The position numbers were made by a program, and so were the translations under genes. Below the pieces are notes generated by a model. That model did not search any database and was not told the DNA's origin. It saw only the letters and a list, made by a program, of their open reading frames with translations. Shown in pieces: positions 1-11,560 of a stretch of DNA of 64,000 bases. Origin of the DNA: Eledone cirrhosa (Eukaryota); the NCBI GenBank assembly GCA_964016885.1, contig OZ024750.1, positions 30,194,001-30,258,000 on the forward strand, in the 5' to 3' direction. Position 1 is the stretch's first letter; each line of letters opens with the position of its first letter.

Positions 1-468
1 CCTTATCTAGCCAAAATTGTTGTCACACTCAAGCCTGGAGTGGAACTCATACAAACTTAGAGACCTAGTTGTTCAATGTTTCTTTAGTATTCTTTACTTT
101 GTCTGATGAACACCTAACAAAACTGGAAACTACTCAGAGCAGATCAGACATTTCCTGCTAATGAGAGAGAGCATGACTTTATTTTTCACATCACTACAAT
201 GGAGCTAACACTTTATGTTTATCAAAGAAGACATATTACATTACATTTCAAATTATACAAAACCTTTGCAGATTATAAATTAATTTATATAAATACAAAG
301 AGAGGGTGATGATGGGGTGAAACCCTAAAGCAATAGAGACGCTTGAGATCACGAAACAAATGAAATTTCTATTGATTAAAAATATAAAATATAGCATAAG
401 AGTGTCAGCTTGTGCATTGAGATATATATATGTATATATATATAGATATACATATGTGTGCGTGCTTT

Positions 469-531
<63 letters not shown>

Positions 532-607
532 AGAAGTATGCTAGAAGCCAAATGTAACAGAAACCGCACCAATATATGAATACAGATATAACATATATAT
601 GTGTGTA

Positions 608-1294
608 TATGATATTAAATAAATGGAAACTATATTTATAAAACCATATTTATTTCGTTATATATATTTCACTTTTTCATTTTCTCTTTTTTTTTTTTTT
701 TTCTCTCTATATAACGGCTATTTTCTCTCTTAACTACATACATCTCTCTTTACATTAATACTAGAGCTAAATAAATAAATAAATAAATAAATAAATGTAT
801 CAACCGATACTCAACTTCCTAGTTTCTCTATCTATCTCTATCTATCTCTTTCTTTATTCCTCTCTCTATATATATTTCTCTCTGTTTCTTTACATGAAGT
901 TCTTCTCTTTATCTATCTTTCTATATCTCTCTATTTAGTCACATGCATTTCTTCTTTTTCTTCGTTTCTCTTTCTTTCTTTCTTTCTCTCTTTCTTTTTA
1001 CAACTGTCCACAATATTTTTTACTGCCAAATCAACCTCCCAAATGCAAGGTGATTGAAAGGTATGTCGTATCTATTTATTTATAAGACTGTTTATATTGT
1101 ATTTTGTCTGAAGAAGGCATAACATATTGTTAATATGATATCCCTGAAATATATATAACGAAATAAATATGGTTTTATAAATATAGTTTCCATTTATTTA
1201 ATATCATAAATATACTCCAAATACTTGTTGAGTGCTTTTATATCAGTTATAAATATTTACTCGTTGTTAACCCAACAATTTAAATATAACTTTC
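608..1294 (+). mobile_element. Penelope-like pLTR remnant, family A, with inverted partial copy
   Basis: 608-671 is the exact reverse complement of 1145-1208. The direct copy carries a hammerhead motif and ends near TA/TG microsatellite. Confidence 0.65.
1100..1165 (+). ncRNA. Minimal type I hammerhead ribozyme (family A)
   Basis: Stem I TATTTTGT/ACGAAATA; CTGAAGA 1108-1114; stem II AGG..CATATT-GTT-AATATG..CCT; GAAA 1146-1149; palindromic TATATA stem III; predicted cleavage after AUA (1157). Confidence 0.75.
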
Positions 1295-1651
1295 CATGTG
1301 TGTATATATATATATATATGTATCATCATCATCCAAGATAGATGTTAAACGATGATGATGATGATGATGATACATATACATATAAACACAATATATATAT
1401 ATATACATATATATATATACACACACAAATATACATATATACACATATATATACACACACACACAAACACACACATATATATATATACACCCACACATAT
1501 ATATATATATATATATACACCCACACATATATATATAACAAATGCAGCACATTTGACACCAAATATAACTGCCATACATTGAGAAATTACAAATCAGTCA
1601 TTCATTATCTCCTAGCATTTCCATGATGCTTTACAATCCTTGCTAAATATG

Positions 1652-2707
1652 TGACCAATACACCACTAGTATGACCAATACACCACTAGTATGACCAATA
1701 CACCATTAGTATGACCAATACACCATTAGTATGACCAATACACCATTAGTATGACCAATACACCATTAGTATGACCAATACACCATTAGTATGACCAATA
1801 CACCACTAGTATGACCAATACACCACTAGTATGACAATACACCACTGATATTACCAATACACCACTAGTATGACCACCAATACACCACTAGTATGACCAA
1901 TACACCACTAGTATGACCAATAGACCACTAGTATGACCAATAGACCACTAGTATGACCAATACACCATTAGTATGACCAATACACCATTAGTATGACCAA
2001 TACACCATTAGTATGACCAATACACCACTAGTATGACCAATACACCACTAGTATGACCAATACACCATTAGTATGACCAATACACCATTAGTATGACCAA
2101 TACACCATTAGTATGACCAATACACCATTAGTATGACCAATACACCACTAGTATGACCAATACACCACTGATATTACCAATACACCACTAGTATGACCAC
2201 CAATACACCACTAGTATGACCAATACACCATTAGTATGACCAATACACCATTAGTATGACCAATACACCACTAGTATGACCAATACACCACTAGTATGAC
2301 CAATAGACCACTAGTATGACCAATACACCACTAGTATGACCAATACACCATTAGTATGACCAATACACCACTAGTATGACCAATACACCACTAGTATGAC
2401 CAATACACCATTAGTATGACCAATACACCATTAGTATGACCAATACACCATTAGTATGACCAATACACCACTAGTATGACCAATACACCACTGATATTAC
2501 CAATACACCACTAGTATGACCACCAATACACCACTAGTATGACCAATACACCACTAGTATGACCAATACACCATTAGTATGACCAATACACCATTAGTAT
2601 GACCAATACACCACTAGTATGACCAATACACCACTAGTATGACCAATACACCACTAGTATGACCAATACACCACTAGTATGACCAATACACCACTAGTAT
2701 GACCAAT
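1652..2707. repeat. 20-bp minisatellite (ATGACCAATACACCAYTAGT), about 52 units
   Basis: Direct reading; a variant block recurs at 1845, 2168 and 2491. Confidence 0.97.
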
Positions 2708-2786
2708 ATTGTGGTTCTGAAGATGACACCATGAAGACTTTTCAACGTTAATCTCCAGAGAACTAATATGGAAATATAAATTATCT

Positions 2787-3311
2787 TTAACCCTTTAGCA
2801 TATAAACCAGTCATATCCAGCCAGATTTCTCTCACCTCTTTTTGTTCAAACCGGCTGTAATTGGCCGCTCATACTTATGTTAAGGTATTGTTCTCAAAAT
2901 ATATATCAAAATCTCGTAGATTCAATATTATGCCAGATCATTGTGTAAGGTAAACCTTTACCATGAAAATACAATAGTAAATATAGAGTAATCGTTTCTA
3001 CTTTAGGCACAAGGCCAGAAATTACCCAGTACATTACTGGTACTTTATTTTATTGACCCCGTAAGGATGAAAGGCAAAGTCAACCTCGGTGCGATTATAA
3101 TAATGATGATAGAAAGTATTCTTGACTCATCAAAAGAATGTGTTTGACCCCCAATATATATATGTATATATGTTATAATTGTTTCTACTTTAGGCACAAG
3201 GCCAGAAATTACCCAGTACATTACTGGTACTTTATTTTATTGACCCTGTAAGGATGAAAGGCAAAGTCAACCTCGGCGGGATATAGAGTAATGTGAATGG
3301 TAAAGGGTTAA
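2787..3311 (+). mobile_element. piggyBac-type MITE (TTAA-CCCTTT...AAAGGG-TTAA) interrupted by two SINE fragments
   Basis: TTAA-flanked CCCTTT/AAAGGG termini; body shared with 35811, 37458 and 39920; SINE pieces at about 2990-3090 and 3175-3282. Confidence 0.7.
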
Positions 3312-3394
3312 TAAATATGACCCAATTGGAGGAATACAGTTGTGTATTTACTATAACATGTCTGGAGAGAAAGCTGTTCCCTATTTATAGACAT

Positions 3395-4062
3395 GAGAGT
3401 GTGTGTTTGTGTGTGAATGTGTGTGTGTGTCTGTGAGTGTGAATGTGTGAGTGTGGTGTATTTGTGTGTAAAAATACTTTTGTTTTAACCCCCCCACACA
3501 CACACAGGCACACACCCCCACACACACACAGGCACACATACAGAGAATGGTGACAGCTGGAGGAGCCTTAAGAAAGAAGGTAGATTGTTATGTCTGTAGA
3601 GTAAGACTTAGAGAGACAAAGACAGAGAGAGAGAAGAGAGAGAGAAAGCAAGAGAGAGAGAAGAGAGAGAGAAAGCAAGAGAGAAGAGCGAGGGAAAGCA
3701 AGAGAGAAGAGCGACGAAAAGCAAGAGAGAGAGAGAGGAAGAGAGAGAGATAAGAAAGAGAGAGAGAGAAGGGAGAAGAGAGAGAGAGAGTGGAAAAGAG
3801 AGACAGTGGAAAAGAGAAAAAGAGAGAAGAGAGAGAGGTTGGACACAAAATTTAACAAATGTTACCTGTGTTGTTATGTGTGTGTGGTTATGTGTGTGTA
3901 TGTGTGGTTATGTGTGTATGTGTGGTTATGTGTGTGTATGTGTGGTTATGTGTGTGTATCTGTTATGTGTGTGTGGTTGTGTGTATGTGTGTGTGGTCGT
4001 GTGTATGTGTGTGTGGTCATGTGTGTGCGTGTGTGGTTGTGTGTGTGTGTTGTTATGTGTGT
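3395..4062. repeat. GT/CA/GA microsatellite cluster
   Basis: Dinucleotide-derived low complexity. Confidence 0.9.
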
Positions 4063-4064
4063 AT

Positions 4065-4930
4065 ATACAATATATATTATACATACATTACTTTACAATA
4101 TATATATTATACACACATTACTTTACAATATATATTATGCATACATTGTCTTTACAATATATATTATACAAACATTACTTTACAATATATATTATACACA
4201 CATTACTTTACAAAATATATTATACACACATTACTTTACAATATATATTATACATACATTACTTTACAATATATATTATACACACATTACTTTACAATAT
4301 ATATTATACATACATCACTTTACAATATATATATTATACATACATTACTTTACAATATATATTATACACACATTACTTTACAAAATATATTATACACACA
4401 TTACTTTACAATATATATTATACATACATCACTTTACAATATATATATTATACATACATTACAATATATATTATACACACATTACTTTACAATATATATT
4501 ATACAAACATTACTTTACAATATATATTATACACACATTACTTTACAATATATATTATACATACATTACTTTACAATATATATTATACACACATTACTTT
4601 ACAATATATATTATACAAACATTACTTTACAATATATATTATACACACATTACTTGACAATATATATTATACATACATTACTTTACAATATATATTATAC
4701 ACATTACTTTACAATATATATTATACACATTGTCTTTACAATATATATTATACACACATTGTCTTTACAATATATATTATACACACATTACTTTACAATA
4801 TATATTATACACACATTACTTGACAATATATATTATACACACATTACTTTACAAAATATATTATACACACATTACTTTACAATATATATTATACACACAT
4901 TGTCTTTACAATATATATTATACATACATT
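4065..4930. repeat. About 28-bp minisatellite (TACAATATATATTATACACACATTACTT)
   Basis: Direct tandem repetition; explains the overlapping 283-382 aa ORFs. Confidence 0.95.
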
Positions 4931-5170
4931 GCCATTCCTTTCCTAAAGCACACATACACACACACATCATAAAGGGCAAGAGATTGAGTGAGAAAGGGAC
5001 AGAATAAGGGACAATATTAGTACAGAGGGACAGAATAAGGTAACAGGAGATATAACTCTATGGTCTATATATATATATATATACGTAGGTCCTGGGTTGA
5101 GTCGGGGATAACCACAGTAAGTAAGGTACTCAATACATGGCAGAGTAAAATTTTTTTATTTTATAGAAGG

Positions 5171-5221
5171 AGCTTCTACAGGACTAGTACTGTTTCATTC
5201 AGATGAAATCTTCAGGAAGCT
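5171..5221 (-). ncRNA. Type I hammerhead ribozyme (family B), minus-strand copy
   Basis: Exact reverse complement of 5253-5303. Confidence 0.85.
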
Positions 5222-5252
5222 CGGTGTCATATTAAGTTCTAATATGACACCC

Positions 5253-5303
5253 AGCTTCCTGAAGATTTCATCTGAATGAAACAGTACTAGTCCTGTAGAA
5301 GCT
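5253..5303 (+). ncRNA. Type I hammerhead ribozyme (family B)
   Basis: AGCTTC-CTGAAGA-TTTC(ATCT)GAAT-GAAA-CAG(TACTAGTC)CTG-TA-GAAGCT; GUA cleavage triplet 5295-5297. Confidence 0.85.
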
Positions 5304-5361
5304 CCTTCTATAAAATAAATATATATATATAGGGTAACAGAAGATAAAACTCTATGGTCAA

Positions 5362-5522
5362 ATGGTAGATGGTTGGGCGCCATGCTTTGACGCATAGAGT
5401 TACAACTCTTGCCATTCTGAGTTCAAATCCCATCGAGGTTAACCTTAATGGGGGTTGATAAAATAAAGTACCAGTAATACACTGGGATATTTGCTGGCCT
5501 TGTGCCTATTGTAGAAACAATT
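5362..5522 (+). mobile_element. Nin/Deu-domain tRNA SINE (family S1), internally deleted
   Basis: B-box GAGTTCAAATCC, GATAAAATAAAGTACCAG core, TTGCTGGCCTTGTGCC tail. Confidence 0.8.
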
Positions 5523-5559
5523 ATATATATATATAGAGTAGCAGAAGATATAACTCTAT

Positions 5560-5608
<49 letters not shown>

Positions 5609-5708
5609 ACAGGAGATATAATTCTATGGTCATCACATATATATATATATATATATGTGTGAGTTTATATATCTATATATAATATATATATATATATATT
5701 CATTAGAA

Positions 5709-5931
5709 CAGGTATGTCAAACATGCGGCCCTTTACAGGCACACCTCAAAGGTTTTTACAGCGTGAGCATGTTTTATCTTCTTAATATAAAATTTAAAAA
5801 AATTAGTTGTAATGTGCGCAATTATTTGTCGTGTGTGGCCCTCAGACAACACATATGTGACCTATGTGGCCTTCAGACAACACATATGTGACCCATGTGG
5901 CTCTCAGGAGACCCTCAGTTTGACATGCCAG
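5709..5931. mobile_element. hAT-type MITE
   Basis: TIRs CAGGTATGTCAAAC / GTTTGACATGCCAG; GCGGCCC/GTGGCCC subterminal motifs; degenerate 8-bp flanks CATTAGAA / CATAAAAG. Confidence 0.7.
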
Positions 5932-6097
5932 CATAAAAGATTCCACAATTCTATGATAAGCTGTTGATTCCAGAGTTGGGTGTGATCACAACCAATCATA
6001 CCTTGAGCTCATCAATCATGAAACATGTGTCACGTGGTAATAAACACAATAGTGTTATATTAATACTTTATTGATATTATTATTATGATATTAACAG

Positions 6098-6292
6098 CGA
6101 TGGATTGATTGGCAGTATTGGTAGAGGGTCGGACGCCATGCTTTGACGTATAGAGTTACGTCCCTTACCATTCTGAGTTCAAATCCCGCCAAGGTTAACT
6201 TTGCCTTTCATCCTTACGGGGTCGATAAAATAAAGTACCAGTAATGCACTGGTGAATTGCTGGCCTTGTGCCTAACATAGAAACAATTATTA
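6098..6292 (+). mobile_element. SINE S1, full length
   Basis: A-box-like TGGCAGTATTGG, B-box GAGTTCAAATCC, GCCTTTCATCCTTACGGGGTCGATAAAATAAAGTACCAG (Nin/Deu-like core), (ATT)n tail. Confidence 0.85.
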
Positions 6293-6949
6293 TGATATTA
6301 ACACTCTGCTTCTTAAGGATACCGACTACGGTAAAATACCAAACATAGAATATCATATCAACAGCCAGACTCATTTTAGCATTGAGTGTTCAAACTGATG
6401 AATCAATGGTAACTGAACGTAACATACCAATAAACAATGTATGTGTGTATGTATATATCATCATTGATTAACATCTATCTCCCAAGCTAGCATAGTTTAG
6501 ACGGGTTTGTCCCATGTCTTGTTCATATAGGAAAGTTTCTGGCTGGTTTTCAATGGCTGGATGCCCTTCCTAACGCCAACCACATTTACAGTGTGTTCTG
6601 GGTGCTTTTTGGCGTGTCTTTTACATGTAGACTTTACAAGTATATGTATACACATCCACTTTTATGTATATATACATATATATATATAAATACACAGGTA
6701 TCTACCTGTTTATGGTAGTGTCAATAACATTGTTAGATTTATATTGATTTATCATGATCAATCAACCTTCTGAAACAATCTGAAAACAATGAACTGATTA
6801 AGTACTAAACTTTACATTTTGTTTTCTTTGTTCAACACACACATTATATATATATATATATATATATATCCCACTCTCACCAAGCGTGAAACTAACATTT
6901 GTAACACACTCCAGCATTTGTCTGTTTTTTTGTTTTCTGTTATTCTGAA

Positions 6950-7016
<67 letters not shown>

Positions 7017-7335
7017 ATGGTCTTTATTCTCTCTCGTTCATGATTTCACTGAACTTATATTCATGGAAATCTGGGACTTGACTCTTTCTTCCTCACTTTT
7101 CGTTGCTTTACCATCTTTGTTTGTTTACATTCTCGCTCGTTCCCCTTATTTACGTGTCCCAACGACTTTCTTTAGCCGTTGCTCGCACCAACCGGAGGTA
7201 AATGGTCTTTAAAGCGATGAAATACCAATGATGGTTGGAAGATCACTGATGAAGGACTAACTTTATTCATATGTAACCCATTTGCAACCACGCAGCACGT
7301 TTGTTTTCATATTCACATAAATATATATATACACT

Positions 7336-7481
7336 AGAAGAGGAAGACCAAGGTTAACGTATGTTGATGCCCTAAGGCCAGACACTGGTCTGTTGGAGAC
7401 GCGGGACATGGCAGCGATAATGAGGGACAGAGACCGCTGGAGAGAACTCGTCCATGGATCTCGGGAATTTTACCCGCCTTA
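7336..7481 (+). pseudogene. 3' fragment of an RTE-type LINE ORF
   Basis: Translates RRGRPRLTYVDALRPDTG..MRDRDRWRELV, a typical RTE C-terminus. Confidence 0.75.
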
Positions 7482-7705
7482 GATATAGATATATATATAT
7501 AAAGAGAGAGAGAGAGCCGTGTAAAAGTAAGCAGTTGTTGATTCTTCTCTCTCTCTCTCTCCCTTCTCACTCTCTCCACTCTCTCCTCCCTCCACTCTCA
7601 CCATCTCCAACCAGACATGAGAACTCCTCCATTTCCTAAAATAAATAATAAATAAAAATAGTTTCAACCTGGTTCAGAAGTGACAAGTTTTCTCTATGTA
7701 ACATA

Positions 7706-7736
<31 letters not shown>

Positions 7737-7744
7737 GCTCTTGA

Positions 7745-9035
7745 CCAGTAGCAACAGCTCCTGTAACAGTAGTAGTAGCAGCACCACCACAAACTCCAAC
7801 AGCACACTACCAGCAACAGTAGTACCAGCACCACAACCACGACCACCTCAGCAGCACCAACACCACACCACCAGCAACACCAACACTACACTGGCACCAC
7901 CAACACTCCCACCCCCCTCCCACCAACAACACACCCCCACCACCAGGATTAGCAGCAACAACAGTGCTACTTCCCTCCCCTCCTCCACTTCTCTGGTTAT
8001 TTTCAGACCCAACCTAAATCTAGGTGGGAGCTGGCAGGTCAACAAGGTGAAGTTCCAGGAGTTAATATACTGTCATGGCAGTTTAACACCTGTCTACTTC
8101 AACACTAACGACAACAACAATACCACTAACACTACTACTACCACCACTAACACCACTGCTACAACTACCACTACCAACAACACCACCACCACCACTAACA
8201 CCAACCACATCACACCACCACCACCACTAACAATACCTCTACCACCATCACTAACACCAACCACATCACACCACCACTCCCACCACCACCACAACGACAA
8301 CAGCACCACTAACACCACAACCACCAACACCAACAACACTACCACCAGCACCACCACTAACACCAACCACATCACACCACCACCACCACCACCACCAACA
8401 ATACCTCTACCACCATCACTAACACCAACCACATCACACCACCACTCCCACCACCACCACCACCACCACCACAACAACAACAGCACCACTAACACCACAA
8501 CCAACAACACCACCATCATCACAACCACAACATCAGCACCATCCATCCCTACTACCACTACCATCAACACCACCACCACCACTAACAATACCTCTACCAT
8601 CATCACTAACATCAACACCACCACCACTAAAAACATGACACCTTAACTACCACTGCTAATGCCAACACCACCACCACCACCACCACAATTAACAACACCT
8701 TTACTTCCACCAACACCCCTACTACCACCACCACCATCAGCAATACTGCTGCCACCACCACAAATATCACCACTCACACCCCCACCCTATCATAACTACT
8801 ACCCCCTCTACCAATCACCTCACCACTACTATCCTCTCACCACAACTATCAACACCAGCAATACCACCACCTCAGCCGCCAATACCACTCCCCCACCCTA
8901 CCCCTATTATCACCTCAACCACCACTATGTCCACTCCCCACCACTGTCACCACCGCCACTACCTACTACCCCTACTCCAACACTTCTACTACCTACTGCC
9001 TCCACCACCACCACCAACTCCACCATCACTACAAG
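7745..9035. repeat. ACC/AAC trinucleotide-derived low complexity
   Basis: Composition; internal duplication of about 150 bp near 8180 and 8350. Confidence 0.9.
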
Positions 9036-9551
9036 GTAAAGATAATAAGAGTGGTTGACTTGAACTAATGACCTAATGACAAGCAAGGTCACCACTAGTC
9101 AGTACAGTCAAACTGACTAAAACAGTGAGTAGATAATTAGTAATCAATGAATACCTACCCCGACACTACACCACACCACCACACCCACCTTACTGTGAGA
9201 TATACAGGGAGCAAGATCACCCTACAACCATTACCAACATCATCATCATCACCACTACCACTACCCACCTGGACAAGGTGTTTTTGTGGAGGACAAGTAG
9301 TTATCCATCCATGCCAGTCCCCCTTTCACTATCCAAGCCACCAATGATGTCCAAGGAAAAGGTAAAAGCCAATACAATTTGGCACCTGTTTTATCACAAC
9401 TCATTTTTTTTTTCAAGCTGAGTGAAATGGATCTATGTGAAATAAAGTGTTTGGTTCAAAGACACAGTGAACTGGAGAAACATGAAATAAAGTGTCTTGC
9501 CCAAGGAAACAGTGAACTGGAGAAACATGAAATAAAATGTCTTGCTCTTAG

Positions 9552-10820
9552 TCTCTAAAATATAACAGTTATTGGTCTTTAAAATACAACAGTTATTAAT
9601 CTCTAAAATATAACAGTTATTACCCTCTAAAATACAACAGTTATTGGTATCTAAAATATAAAAATATAACAGTTATTACTCTCTAAAATATAACAGTTAT
9701 TGCTATCTAAAATACAACAGTTATTGGTATCTGAAATACAACAGTTATTGGTATCTAAAATATAAAAGTTATTAATCTCTAAAATATAACAGTTGTTGGT
9801 ATCTAAAATATAACAGTTATTAATCTCTAAAATATAACAGTTATTGGTATCTAAAATATAACAGTTATTGGTATCTAAAATATAACAGTTGTTGGTATCT
9901 AAAATATAACAGTTATTACTTTAAAATATAACAGTTATTGGTATCTAAAATATAACAGTTATTATTCTCTAAAATATAACAGTTATTACTCTCTAAAATA
10001 TAACAGTTATTGGTATCTAAAATATAACAGTTATTGGTATCTAAAATATAACAGTTATTATTCTCTAAAATATAACAGTTATTACTCTCTAAAATATAAC
10101 AGTTATTGGTATCTAAAATATAACAGTTGTTGGTATCTAAAATATAACAGTTATTGGTATCTAAAATATAACAGTTGTTGGTATCTAAAATATAACAGTT
10201 ATTACTCTAAAATATAACAGTTATTGGTATCTAAAATATAACAGTTATTACTCTCTAAAATATAACAGTTATTGGTATCTAAAATATAACAGTTATTACT
10301 CTCTAAAATATAACAGTTATTACTCTCTAAAATATAACAGTTGTTGGTATCTAAAATATAACAGTTATTATTCTCTAAAATATAACAGTTATTACTCTCT
10401 AAAATATAACAGTTATTGGTATCTAAAATATAACAGTTATTACTCTCTAAAATATAACAGTTATTGCTATCTAAAATACAACAGTTATTGGTATCTGAAA
10501 TACAACAGTTATTGGTATCTAAAATATAAAAGTTATTGGTATCTAAAATATAAGTTATTACTCTCTAAAATATAACAGTTATTGGTATCTAAAATATAAC
10601 AGTTATTACTCTCTAAAATATAACAGTTATTACTCTCTAAAATATAACAGTTGTTGGTATCTAAAATATAACAGTTATTACTCTAAAATATAACAGTTAT
10701 TGGTATCTAAAATATAACAGTTATTACTCTCTAAAATATAACAGTTATTGGTATCTAAAATATAACAGTTATTACTCTCTAAAATATAACAGTTATTACT
10801 CTCTAAAATATAACAGTTGT
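9552..10820. repeat. 24-bp minisatellite (TCTAAAATATAACAGTTATT-GGTA/ACTC)
   Basis: Direct tandem repetition with two interspersed unit variants. Confidence 0.96.
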
Positions 10821-11119
10821 TGATCACTTTCGTGTTATTCCAATATTTGGCAAAACTTTTCAATTGGAAAAAAAAAAGAATTTATTTTATTTTTATTTTA
10901 TTTAGTGTTTCTTTTTTTGTTTTCTTATCTAAAAAATATAAAGCTTTTGTTGATTTCCAAAGGAATAGCAAACAGCACGTAACTATCACTGTCTCTCTTC
11001 CATTTCTCTCACCCCTTTTCATTGTTTACTCTATTATACTCTCTCTCCCTTTCTTGCTCTCTCTTTCGTTTATATATCTTTCTCTCACTTCTACACACAC
11101 ACACACATATATATATATA

Positions 11120-11560
11120 CAATGATATTAAATAAATGGAAACTCTATTTATAAAACCATATTTATTCTATTATATATATTTTAAGGGTACCAAAAATGT
11201 TGGTACGCTATCATCAGATAAAATACAAAATGTTTTATAAATATTTGACATGACCAAGGATAATATACCTTAACGGTTCAAGTTATCCCTGGAAACTTGA
11301 GGGATAACTTGAGCCGTTAAGGTATATTATCCTTGGTCATGTCAAATATTTATAAAACATTTTGTATTTTATCTGATGATAGCGTACCAACATTTTTGGT
11401 ACCCTTAAAATATATATAATAGAATAAATATGGTTTTATAAATATAGTTTCCATTTATTTAATATCATTGAATACTTACTCCAGAAATCTGTCGAGTGCT
11501 CTGAATCAGTTATAAAACATCTACATTTGTTGGATTTCCAACAAATTAAATATCTCTTCT
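11120..11560 (+). mobile_element. Fold-back Penelope-like pLTR module, family A variant
   Basis: 171-bp inverted arms 11120-11290 / 11300-11470 (2 mismatches seen); extension 11471-11560; homologous to 1090-1294; flanked by (TA)n. Confidence 0.75.
11365..11426 (+). ncRNA. Hammerhead-like motif with GAAA changed to AAAA (mirror copy on minus strand)
   Basis: Stem I TATTTTAT/ATAGAATA; CTGATGA 11373-11379; stem II GTACCA/TGGTAC; AAAA 11407-11410; TATATA-TA. Confidence 0.6.

Larger units (their letters stand above)
5084..5320 (-). mobile_element. Fold-back Penelope-like pLTR module, family B
   Basis: Inverted arms 5155-5234 / 5240-5319 with 1 mismatch; unpaired extension 5084-5154; flanked by (TA)n; homologous to 29940, 44544 and 55932. 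Confidence 0.75.

Noticed and set aside
98-150. CTGATGA..GAAAC possible hammerhead
   Set aside because: Stem II is weak and stems I and III are out of register; at best a decayed copy.
7241-7290. CTGATGA in a TA-flanked segment
   Set aside because: No downstream GAAA or stem III; possibly a deleted PLE end but unsupported.
7602-7635. Possible minus-strand micro-exon (TTTTAG..GTGAGA), with another at 3542-3593
   Set aside because: Splice signals are plausible, but joining them gives no open frame or recognisable protein; needs RNA-seq.
7741-9039. Thr/His/Pro-rich ORFs
   Set aside because: ACC/AAC low complexity; no recognisable protein.
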